Part shown: piece by piece, positions 1 through 11,837 of the stretch
Layout: each line of letters begins with the position of its first letter
Position numbering within the stretch: position 1 is the first letter of the stretch
Assembly (NCBI GenBank): GCA_012295275.1
Contig: CM022675.1
Location: forward strand, 2,852,001-2,916,000
DNA: 64,000 nt
Source: Chrysomallon squamiferum
Lineage: Eukaryota > Animalia > Mollusca
Direction: 5' to 3'
Program-made: the position numbers and the translations under genes
Notes under the pieces: model-generated
Told to the model about the DNA's origin: nothing
The model's input: the letters and a program-made list of their open reading frames with translations, nothing else
Databases searched by the model: none

Positions 1-94
1 TTACATTTAGGATGTTGTTTTACATTTAGGATGTTGTTTTACATTTAAGATGTTGTTTACATTTAAGATGTTTGTTTTAATCTTTTCTCTGCAG

Positions 95-440
95 ATCGAG
101 TTCACCATTGGCTGCCCTGTACGGAACAAAGGCAACTCTTGAACATCATCATTTCAACCACGCCGTCATGATCCTCAACAGCGACGTGAGCAGCATTTAC
201 TTGGTTTATGATTAAACATTTCATTTTAACACGTTTTCTAGTTCATGTTTCATTCTCTTTGCGTGTTTTTCGGTGACACTTTTTTTCATTTAACGTCATA
301 GAAACATTTGTCAAATGTTTTTGTACATGAAAACATTATCATCTTTTAACAAGCCTATTTTTGAATAAACTTAGCAATTATTCCAGGTGACACCATTTTT
401 TTATTTTTTTATTTGTTCATTCATTCATTGTTTTGTTTAT

Positions 441-515
<75 letters not shown>

Positions 516-899
516 TTTTAACATAAACGTTTAGATTCCAAAACTGTTATAATTATCTAACAAAATCCTGATAGGGAAAAAAAATAAAAAAATAAAATGC
601 ACGTTCAGTATGTTACACTGAATATTGTCTTACAGGGACACAACTTGTTTGCCATGTTTTCTTCAGATGAGTATAGTCACGTTATCAAAATGTTGAAGCA
701 CGCCATCCTGGCCACAGACCTTTCCCTTCACATCCAGTTAGTATACTAACAGTTAGTCACTATTGTACACTTATAACTAGCGATAGCACACGCATTATTA
801 CTGTGAGTGTAAAATTATTATTATTATTATTATTATTATTATTGTTATCGTTATTGTCAATATTATTGTTATTATTGTTATTATTATTACTACTACTAC

Positions 900-933
<34 letters not shown>

Positions 934-1037
934 GTTATCGTTATTGTCAATATTATTGTTATTATTGTTATTATTATTACTACTACTACTATTATTATTA
1001 TAATTATTGTTGTTGTTGTTGTTATTGTTGTTGTTGC

Positions 1038-1070
<33 letters not shown>

Positions 1071-1273
1071 TACTACTTGTGTTGTTGAGTTCTCTTTCTT
1101 GTCTGTCTTACTTTCTGGAGAGTACGGGATCGCTTCTTTTCGATGGCTGGGGAGGGCGTGGCAAACTGGGAGGACCGCGACTGCAGGGAGGTGTATCGCA
1201 GCGTGCTCATGACTGCCAGCGACATCGCAGCCATTTCTAAACCCTGGGATGTTCAGCGACGTGTGAGCACTAT

Positions 1274-1355
<82 letters not shown>

Positions 1356-1538
1356 CTCTCTCTCTGTCTGTATCTCTCTCTCTGTCTCTCTCTGTCTGTC
1401 TGTCTCTCTCTCTTTCTCTGTCTCTGTCTGTCTCTCTCTCTTTCTCTCTCTCTGTCTGTCTCTCTCTCTTTCTCTCTCTCTGTCTTACTCTCTCTCCTTC
1501 TCTCTCTCTGTCAGTCTCTCTCTCTGTCTGTCTCTCTT

Positions 1539-1595
<57 letters not shown>

Positions 1596-1639
1596 TACTG
1601 ACATTCAAGTGTTCTTAAACTCAAACAAACACCCTTCTA

Positions 1640-1733
<94 letters not shown>

Positions 1734-4700
1734 CACACACACACACAAACACACATACACACACACAAACAGACACACACAAACACTCGCGCACACACAC
1801 ATACAACAAACTTACATTTCAAGTTTTATAAGCTGAGTTTTACAATTGTGTTTGTGCAGTGTGCTGAGCTAGTTTTGACAGAATTTTTTGACCAAGGAGA
1901 TAAAGAGAGAAATGTATTGAAAATTCAACCACAGGTGAGCTATTACAGTAGTAGTATAGCAGCAGTAGTTGTGGTAGTCATGGTGATGGTAATAGTAACA
2001 GTTTTAGAGTTTTAGTAGTGGCAGTAGTTGTAGTAGTAGCAGAGAACTGGAACATAAATGAAACAAAATGCTGAAGTTTTCGCTCAACAACGGCACAGTG
2101 ATGATGTGAGTAGTTGTTGTTGTGGCAGTAGTGGCAATAGTAACAGTAGAAGTAATATTAGTAATAACTGAAATATGAGTGATATAGTAATAGTAGAAGT
2201 AATATTAGTAATAACTGAAATATGAGTGATATAGTAATAGTAGAAGTAATATTAGTAATAACTCAAATATGAGTCTCTGGATAGTAACAGTAGAAGTAAT
2301 ATTAGTAACAATTGAAATATCTGTGAGAATAATAACAGAAGTAGATGTAACAGTGGCTATATTTGTAATCTATGTTTGCGTACTCTATATTTGTCTACTT
2401 TTATACATAATTACGTATAATTCAGCTGTATAGATATTTGTATTTATATGTATATATATATATGTCTGTCAAAGGTTATGTTCACCACTAATATGTGTTT
2501 GATGCAAAAAGGAAAGCAAAATGGTTTACTAGAAATAATTTGCTGGTAAGTTGCAAACACTGAGTTGAACTTCTCTAGCTCTCTGGTAAATACGGCATTA
2601 CCTGGTGGACATGATTAAACGTCGTTGTTTCTGATCTTTGTTTGTAAAACATTTAGCAGACGTCCACGTTGACGTTGCTCTTCGTATCAGATGTCGTCCG
2701 TCACACAAACGAGGACAAGGTGCAAGTCGTGCAAGTGTACTGACTTTGCTGCAGCTCGTGTGAAAAACTAGCAAGAGTGATCAGAATGACGTTTCATCGT
2801 TTCAAAGCAGTGAAAATGATAAAATGAGATCGCTTATAGAAACACAATCTTTATGCAAGCATTAACACTTGTTCCAACGTCTGTAAACACCTTGCTCTTT
2901 CAATTACGATTTGTCAGTTGTGTTTTTTGTGTAGACCAGACACGATGCCGGACGTCTGGAACCTCTCTCGTGTCATTCTGACACTTTTGTCTTGTAATCA
3001 TCTCCTGTTCCAAGTCCAGGAACCTCAAACAGTTTCCTCCCAGTTCAGTGCAAACTGAAACCAGCTCAGATGGACGCTACTTTTGTAATTAAAGTGAACA
3101 TTCTAGAGATTTCGTTTCCACTGTAAACGTTTGTGTGTCTTTTTGTGTTTGTATTTGTGGGTTGGTGCCAGTATGTTTATATATATATAAAAAAAAAAAG
3201 TGTTTTGTGTTTCTTTTAAAGTTTGAATAAAAAAACGTGTATATTTGCGTGGATGTCTGTAGGATGTGTGTTTGTAACAGTAGAAGTGTGCGTGAGTGTG
3301 TGTATTTGCGTGTATTATGTGTTAATTTCTGTAAAATTCTATAATAAAGGTGCATGTAGATGTGTGTTTGTGTGTGTGTGTACAAACGTCCTTACTGGTG
3401 TGAAAGTGTATGGAAAGCTGTCGGCAGATGTTTGAATATGTGCGTGTTTATTTCTGAAAAGCTGTGTGTAAAGCTTTCGCTAAATATTTGTGTGTGTGTA
3501 GGTGTAGAACTGTTTATTTGTGTGTGTAGGTGTAGAACTGTTTATTTGTGTGTGTGGAGGTGTAGAACTATTTATTTGTGTGTGTGTATGTGTAGAACTG
3601 TTTATTTGTGTGTGTAGGTGTAGAACTGTTTATTTGTGTGTGTGTATGTGTAGAACTGTTTATTTGTGTGTGGAGGTGTAGAACTGTTTATTTGTGTGTG
3701 TGTATGTGTAGAACTGTTTATCTGTGTGTGTGTATGTGTAGAACTGTTTATGTGTGTGTGTGTATGTGTAGAACTGTTTATTTGTGTGTGTGTAGGTGTA
3801 GAACTGTTTATTTGTGTGTGTGAATGTGTAGAACTGTTTATCTGTGTGTGTGTAGGTGTAGAACTGTTTATTTGTGTGTGTGTAGGTGTAGAACTGTTTA
3901 TCTGTGTGTGTGTATGTGTAGAACTGTTTATTTGTGTGTGTGTAGGTGTAGAACTGTTTATTTGTGTGTGTGTATGTGTAGAACTGTTTATCTGTGTGTG
4001 TAGGTGTGTGGTTACAGAAGTGTCAGCTGTCACGTTGTAATGTAATTGCAGGCTTGTATGGACCGGGAGAAGCAGGATGAAATAGCCAAGCTGCAGCTGT
4101 CCTGGATTGACGGGATCTGTCTTCCTCTCTTCAAGGTATCAGCGTTCTGTGCATTTCATACACGTTCTTTGATGTTGTATGCACGTTCTATGTGTTATAT
4201 ATACGTTCTGTATATTATATGCACGTTCTATATATTATTTTTACATTCTATATGTTATATATACGTTCTGTATATTATATGCACGTTCTATATATTATTT
4301 TTACATTCTATATGTTATATTATACGTTCTGTATATTATATACACGTTTTATATATTATTTTTACGTTCTATATGTTGTATTACGTTCTGTATATTATAT
4401 ACACGTTCTATATATTATTTCTATATTTTATGTACACGTTCTGTGTATTATATACACGCAGGTTCTGAATGTTGTATATCCGTTGTATATGTTGGATACA
4501 TGTTCTATACGTTTTATACACATTATATATGTAGTACAGTATACACGTTCTATATGTTGTATACGTACTGTATTCATATCACAGTTATAGATGGTACTGC
4601 ATTTTATTTCTTCATTTTCTTCATATACATGATATTCTTATGCTATATATTGTGAGAGAATCTGATTATATCATTTTAAGACAATATACTGAAATTTCAA

Positions 4701-4896
4701 AACACATGAATAAACAAATAAATAAACAAACAAACAAACAAACAAATGATATATAATGTTGTTTTTTCAGCACCTAGCGATGCTGGACCCGATGTTTCAA
4801 ACCATGGTTCAGGGAGTGTACAAGAACCGAGCACACTGGGAAATACTTGACCACGAGCGACTGTCTAAGTCCAGCGTCCTAGAAACTGGGGTTTGA
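95..4896 (+). CDS. PDE11A: 3' part of a PDE11-like cyclic nucleotide phosphodiesterase (second half of catalytic domain); 5' part lies outside the window
   Basis: Phase-consistent GT-AG exons: 95-185 (SSSPLAALYGTKATLEHHHFNHAVMILNSD), 636-736 (GHNLFAMFSSDEYSHVIKMLKHAILATDLSLHI), 1121-1262 (VRDRFF...VLMTASDIAAISKPWDVQRR), 1860-1934 (CAELVLTEFFDQGDKERNVLKIQPQ), 4052-4135 (ACMDREKQDEIAKLQLSWIDGICLPLFK), 4771-4896 (HLAMLDP...SVLETGV-stop). Class I PDE motifs LEHHH, ILATD, MTASD, EFFDQGD. The LYGTxATLEHHHFNHAVMIL segment resembles PDE11 as I recall it. Confidence 0.9.
813..1075. repeat. (TTA/TTG/CTA)n trinucleotide microsatellite with an internal ~90-bp duplication
   Basis: Direct reading; source of the poly-Leu ORFs. 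Confidence 0.95.
1277..1800. repeat. (CT)n / (CA)n microsatellite cluster
   Basis: Direct reading. Confidence 0.95.
2141..2320. repeat. 47-bp minisatellite, ~4 copies
   Basis: Unit AGTAGAAGTAATATTAGTAATAACTGAAATATGAGTGATATAGTAAT, starts at 2145, 2192 etc. Confidence 0.9.
3484..4005. repeat. 28-30-bp minisatellite, ~17 copies
   Basis: Unit TGTAGAACTGTTTATTTGTGTGTGTGTA(G/T)G; unit length varies in the GT tract. Confidence 0.95.
4160..4570. repeat. Degenerate ACGTTCT(A/G)TAT-based tandem repeat
   Basis: Recurrent (C/T)ACGTTCT(G/A)TATATTAT units with a higher-order ~60-bp period. Confidence 0.85.
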
Positions 4897-5720
4897 CCAG
4901 TGTCCAGTGAGAAAAACACCTTTCAGTGGACAATGTCGAAACATCTATGTTGAGAAAATATTTCTGAAAACATAAACAAATGCAAACATAACAACAGCAA
5001 CTGCAACAACGGTATTGTAAATCTAGAACTTTAAATATATTCAGTCCCAAGGAATGTGTGTAAATATTCGAAGTGTCTCTAAGCAATATGGTCGAAGTAT
5101 CAAATCAAATGAAATGTTAGTAAGACATATTTTCAAAAGTTGTGTAAATAGCAATAAGTAAGATCACATTTACATAATCAAACTTCACGTGATATGTGTT
5201 TTTGTAACCTCAGCAGTCACATTTGCACCGAATATGTATGTTTGTCTATCCATTTAATATAGACAGACACGTTTCTATTTAATATATATACGTATATATA
5301 CACACACATACATATCTATCTGCATTTAAAATAGACAGACACATTTCTACTGAATATATCTGTCTTTCTGTTCATTTAACATAAACATTCACACGAAAAG
5401 AGAAGCACCGAAATTTAACACATCGTATGAGGAAAACAAGCAATTTGAATTTCTTTATATTCTGCATTCATAAAGAAAGGACGAACGAGCGGTCAAAGTG
5501 TGGAGTGTAGTTCAGTGGGATACTGCGTCTGGAATTCTCTCCGTGTGAGACGGTGTACAAAGGTCAAATGAATATGTTCTGTCTCTGTATACAATTGAAA
5601 AATGTACAACACTGACCAAACATGTTAAAGAAAAATGCTGTGAATAAAGAAAAAACACTGTTCGTAATAAACTGTCTGAATAGGCCGATTTATTGTTCTT
5701 CTTATTATATCTATTTATGT

Positions 5721-5790
<70 letters not shown>

Positions 5791-6059
5791 ACATACACTG
5801 AATATCACATTACTAAATATTTGAAATAGGCACCAAAATTATGTTTTTAAAGTGATCTGGTAAACAATCATAATCAAAACAATAACAATATCCAAAAAAA
5901 TGTTTTTATATATTTAGATATTTCAATTAATAATTTTGTATCTCGTTATTATAAATGTACGATAACAAAGTTAAGTAATAAAATAAAATAATAATTATTA
6001 TTTTTCATTAAAATTGGTTACTCGAATTCTTAATAAAAATTTTATATTAAATAAAATTA

Positions 6060-6300
6060 AGTGACAGAATGATTGATGGTGCAGTGGATTAGTGACAGAA
6101 TTATTGATGGTGCAGTGGATTAGTGACAGAATTATTGATGGTGCTGTGGATTAGTGACGTAATGTTTGATGGTGCAGTGGATTAGTGACAGAATTATTGA
6201 TGGTGCTGTGGATTAGTGACGTAATGTTTGATGGTGCAGTGGATTAGTGACAGAATGATTGATGGTGCAGTGGATTAGTGACAGAATGATTGATGGTGGA
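6060..6300. repeat. 31-bp minisatellite, ~8 copies
   Basis: Unit AGTGACAGAAT(G/T)ATTGATGGTGCAGTGGATT. Confidence 0.95.
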
Positions 6301-6478
6301 GTAGATGATTGAATACAGGATGATTTCAGGGTTTGAACGACTTTCTGTGCGACCAGTTTTCTGTATTAAATGTTCTCAGAAAAATGTATGACAGGGAAAT
6401 AATTTATTTAAATTTCAGTAATAAAGTAAAAAAGGAAAAGGAAATTAAAAATTCGGATACTGAGGGAGGGAGAGAGGG

Positions 6479-6480
<2 letters not shown>

Positions 6481-6565
<85 letters not shown>

Positions 6566-6680
6566 GTGTTTGTTCGAGTTTATTAAGAACACTTGAATCT
6601 GAATATGTATGATATGTGTGTCTGATAGACAGAGAGAAAGAGTGAGAGAAAGAGAGAGACACAGAGAGAGAGAGAGTCGG
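6481..6680. repeat. (GA)n microsatellite plus a short dispersed repeat also present inverted at ~1598-1642
   Basis: GTGTTTGTTCGAGTTTATTAAGAACACTTGAAT at ~6566-6598 matches the reverse complement of ~1604-1633; both abut (GA)n/(CT)n. Confidence 0.8.
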
Positions 6681-7228
6681 CATACACACATTCCCTTAAA
6701 ATGTATAAGCAATAGCTTGAAATTAAGGTAAGACGTTCGCTAATTTTTATTTTACTTTCAAGAATCACTTCTTTTAGAAAAGTAGATTTCAGAAGTACAT
6801 TTCATTTAGAAAATGCATTCTCTAAAAGATATTGTACCAGTATAACAATAAGTATATAGTTATTATCATTGATATAAAAAAAAGTTTAATAAAAATTCAT
6901 CTTTGTTTATTTTTCATTTGTTTTATTTAATGGAGTAATTGTATTGACCGACATCACAGAACATTTGTTATTCAGTCTTTGATTATATCAACAGTTTACT
7001 TTCTTTGCATGTCACTGCAGAATAATCTAGTAATGTACAAATAACATTTCTGGTATCTGAAGCAGAAGATTATTAGAGAGCAGAGTTTATGTAGTTTGAC
7101 TTACAAAATTTTCACCTACCCCCAACCCTCTAACCCTTACCCTCAAACATCCCTTCACACAACTTCGGATTGCAAAGGCATCGACCTTTAGATAATTGTA
7201 ATATAATTATTGGAATAAATAAAATTAA

Positions 7229-7483
7229 AACTTTCGTTTAGTCTGACGATAATTATTTAACTGCTTTTGATCTTGATATAAATGGCAATAAATAAATAAA
7301 TAAATAAATAAATATCACACATCATGAATGTAATCGCATGTAATCGGAATACAGTGACGTAAATGTACAAAATCTCGAGGATTCTCGCGCGATTAAAATG
7401 TTAGCTAGTTGTTAGTTGTGACAACGCAAATTAAAATGAAAACATTGGAAGGAATTGATTAGTTAACTGCTTCTGTACTGGAG
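7229..7483 (+). promoter_or_regulatory. Putative promoter and non-coding first exon of the STAND-ankyrin gene
   Basis: Local CpG enrichment, CRE-like GTGACGTA (7354-7361), TCTCGCGCGA (7383-7392), weak IRF-like ACTTTCGTTT (7230-7239), and donor GAG|GTGAGG at 7483/7484. Link to the downstream gene is inferred. Confidence 0.5.
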
Positions 7484-9180
7484 GTGAGGCTGTAGTTAAT
7501 ATATTTCTTTATATTCAGTTTAATTTTTTTTAGTATATTACTGTATTTACAAGTAATATTAATTATAGGTCACGAGGATGTGGTTTTCTCGGACAGTGTG
7601 ACACTCAGCCCGCCGGCGGACTGAGTCCACTAGTTTAAAGAACAATTTTTACTTTTACACTAAATATTACATACCATTAATATATTAAAATATAAAGTCA
7701 AATATCTACTTAATAATTACTTCTATTAGTTTACATATATCGTGTAATTAACAGACATACAAACAATCCACGACAGGCAAATCAGTCGATTTAGTTTGTT
7801 TACAAAATTAGGAACGTAACTTTAATGCACTTTTCGTGCAAAAGTTGACTCCAAATGTCACTGGGTTTTATTAAGCATCAAGATTCGGTCGGAAATTATC
7901 TTTAGCTCATTTATTTTAGATTTAAAAAAAATAAAAACAAACAACAAACAAATAAAAAATCCTACAAAATCTTAGTTAATTACCATTTAAATTCTGTATT
8001 TTTAAACGATTTATTCATTGTACTGATCATTGAATTATAAGGTGCTTAAAATGACACAGAATGTCATTTAAAGGAAAAACAGAGATAGGTGTTAATATCT
8101 TTAAATAGCACGCCATGTACCTTTATTTTTCACTCCTATGTATTTTAAATAATTAGAGGTAAAATGTAAAAAATTAAATATTGTGATGTATATATTTATT
8201 TCAACTAAATCTGATGGAAGAACATCCAGTATTGAAGGTAATTTTTATTTTCCTCACGCAGTTTTGAAAAGTGCATTAACAACGAGTTCACGATCTAGTT
8301 GTTTTTAACCTTACAAGCTCTCATGAATAAACTGCAGAGTAATTGTGCAGATCACTTTGTTAATAATCTATTTTTCTTTTCAATAAAAGAAACTTATTTG
8401 TTTTAATTTTTCACAGTTTCTTCATATTCAGTTTGATTTTTTTTATAATATGTCACTGTTATGGAATTCAGATTGCGTAACCAAATTTGTTACTTCAGTC
8501 AGAGATCCACTCCTTTTATGTTTAAGCGATGAAGTCAGATTGCGTAACTTTAATTGTTACTACAAATCACATCCGCTGTTTTTATTGTTTCCACTAATTT
8601 TTCAATCCATGGCTTTGTTATAAAAAGGCTAGCATTTTGGTAATTAAAAAAGTGAATAGAACTGAGCAGAGAGAAGTAAGTGAGAGCGAAAGAAACAGTC
8701 AAGACAAGAATTCAGTCAGGCAGGGAAACCAAATGTTTTTGAATGACATTGTCTTTACAGACGAGTATGGTAAGCAATTGTCTGTTCTTATTTTGATGGG
8801 GTGTAATGTGCAATTAACCTGTGTCAATAACATTTATTATACCTAAAATTTTAAGGTTTTAATCTGTCTTCTGTGCAGATTCTTATTTTCTCTTGGCTCC
8901 TCATGTGACCTTTCTCATATCATTAATCAAAATTACTTAAATGTATGTTTTATAATGTATTATTATCAAGTCACCTGTATATCATAATTAAATAATTAAC
9001 ATGAACCTTAACTGGTGTTGTGTTTATTTCTCTGGTGGATAGACAGACTTACTGATTTATATAGATTGCTCTCAATTTAGCATTTATACTCCTTGTTAGG
9101 TAGCCATTAAAGCTCCTTGTTACCCTAGACTGAGCCTTAATAAAACATCCAATGTGTTTAAAGGTGTGAGCCCCGTGAAT

Positions 9181-9480
9181 GTCACTTACATGTAATATTA
9201 ATTATAGGTGATGAGGTGAGAACAGTCTGTGTGTGTGACAGTCACTTACATGTAATATTTATTATAGGTGATGAGGTGACAACAGTCTGTGTGTGTGACA
9301 GTCACTTACATGTAATATTTATTATAGGTGATGAGGTGACAACAGTCTGTGTGTGTGACAGTCACTTACATGTAATATTTATTATAGGTGATGAGGTGAC
9401 AACAGTCTGTGTGTGACAGTCACTTACATGTAATATTAATTATAGGTCATGAGGTGACGACAGACTCTGTGTGACAGTCA
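9181..9480. repeat. 60-bp minisatellite, ~5 copies
   Basis: Unit GTCACTTACATGTAATATTTATTATAGGTGATGAGGTGACAACAGTCTGTGTGTGTGACA. Confidence 0.95.
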
Positions 9481-11837
9481 ACTGATAGTTGAGTCTCTGT
9501 ATAAATAACAGTTTTTATTTTTACATGAAAAATATTATATATCTAAAATATAAAAAATATTTTAAAAATATAAAATATAAAAAATATTATATATCTAAAA
9601 TATAAAAAGTATTATATATCTAAAATATAAAAAGTATTATATATCTAAAATATAAAAAGTATCTACTTAATTATTACTTCTGAAAGTTTATACATAATGT
9701 ATCGTGTAATTAACTGAGAAATATAAAAAATCCAAAGTTCTTTGTTTACAAATTAATGCACTTTTCATGCAGAGGTTATCTCCTCATGTAATAGATGACA
9801 ATTTTACTAGGGATTGGAAATTATCTTTACCTCATTTATTTTAGATTAAAAAAAAAAATGAAGAAAAAAAAGAAGAAATCATACGTAGAAAAATCTTTGT
9901 TAATTATCATGGAAAATGACTGAGCTGTGGAGTTGACAAAACCTGAATTTCTCAGAATCGTTAACTGATTAAAATAGATTTTGAAATCTCCCCTTATGTT
10001 CATTCCTGAAGTCCATAGGAACTATTCATTTTTAGATTCCTTAAGCCTTAAAACAAGTCTGGGTAGAGTTTCTGCAAGAATGAATTAGAATTTATCAGTG
10101 TTCTCTGCACAATTGTTCACATTTCAAAGTGCCTGACATGCCTATTTTGCACTCATCAAATTAAATTTTTGTTCATTCATTTTTTATTATTATTATTTTT
10201 TACATTGCATTTTTCACAGGATATGTTTGAAATTCTTGATCATTAAAGTATTTAGTCATAATGTATATTATTGGATTTTATGGTGGTTAAAACACTAGAC
10301 TGTTTGGATTAAAACAGAAACATAGATAGGTATAAAAGTCTTTAAACAGCACATCATGACATTCTTCACACATACCTTAATTCTTTTCTCTTACGTATTT
10401 TAAATAATTAGTGGTAACATGTTAAAAATAAAATGTAATTTATATATATATGTTAAAACCACTTCAAGGTTTGTTTCAAAAAAGTCCCAAGAAAAGAGAA
10501 AATTGTAATCTACTCTGGTTAATTGTGAAAGATGAATGCTTGAGGGTTTTATGCACATATCCTAAAATAAGTAAAAATTTAACCAATATATTATTAGATG
10601 ATTATCTTTTTATTGACCCATGCAAGAAGTTCTTACTTTTTGTAAAACTCAAGTGTTGATTTCTCAAGAACCTTGATCTGTCAAGCTGAAAGTCTGGTCC
10701 TGGCTGAGCTATATAAAGTAGTAGTAATTATAATAACCTTTGAATAATCAAACATCAATATGTCCAAAAGGTTTAAAAACTCAGTCATATATGGACCCAG
10801 ACATATATTTAACAGAAATTAGCCTTTGGAAACTGCAAGAGCTGGAGTGGTATAGCTATTGTAATACTGAAATATGATGATTAACAGTAAACATCATCAA
10901 AGCAAAATACCATTGTCCAAAAAAATAATTCATCAAAGTGTGCAATGTCTGTACTTGCATATAAACTCTTAAATTTTATGAGAATGTTCACATTCAAAAT
11001 ATGTATAACCATTAGCCGCTATTTAAATAGCATAAATAGAATGTTTGACACAATACATTCATTTGTAAGCAGACCAAAGATCAGTTTCACTGAACTTTAT
11101 ACTTTAACTGTATAAGTTCTCTGAAGTCTGTCTTTAATAGGGTGGGGCAGTATAGGAACCAGTAGAAAACAATGAATTAAAAAATAAGTCTCTTAGAAAC
11201 ATAAAGCAGCAAGTGGAAATTTTCAGTCACCAGGTAGATGATACATGATGAAATTTTGACTTGGGTGATTAGTTAAACTGTGTGTGTTAATGAAGAAAGA
11301 TTGTGATTATTTGGTTGAATAACTGCACTTGTGGTTTTTCTCCACAGTTGATGATTTGTGTCATGCTCATTGTTTTCTAAATATACAAAACTTATTAATT
11401 ATTAGTTGCCACAAAATTTAAAAATCTAGAAGTTATTTTTCAGTCATTTTAGTACTTTTCATTTTCAAATATTTATTTTTCTTTTCTTTTGCTTCAGTCA
11501 GTTTACAACAATGTTTGAATATATCTGCACATATACCTGTTTTGTCAGAAGATAGCTTCAGTTTTATCAGCAATACAATAACACATCAAAAAGAATATTT
11601 TGGTCCAAATTCTCTTAACATTTGAAACTTTTGATGTCAATATTGTCTTTTCTTTTAATTTGTTAAGAAAATTTACTCTCATGTTAAGCTGGTTTCCTTA
11701 TAAGATAATCTAGAATTCAGAGAAAAAACTTTGAACTTCCTATTTTTATTATGTTATTTATCTATGGAACCAAATGTAATATTGATAATTTATAACTAAG
11801 ATATGTATTAAAACTGATATTTTACAGTTCAGCAAAT

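Noticed and set aside
803-1836. Poly-Leu, (SL)n, (ER)n ORFs
   Set aside because: Translations of microsatellites; only 1121-1262 is a real (PDE) exon.
3089-4655. Cys/Val-, His/Thr- and Tyr/Ile-rich repetitive ORFs
   Set aside because: Intronic minisatellites; only 4052-4135 is coding.
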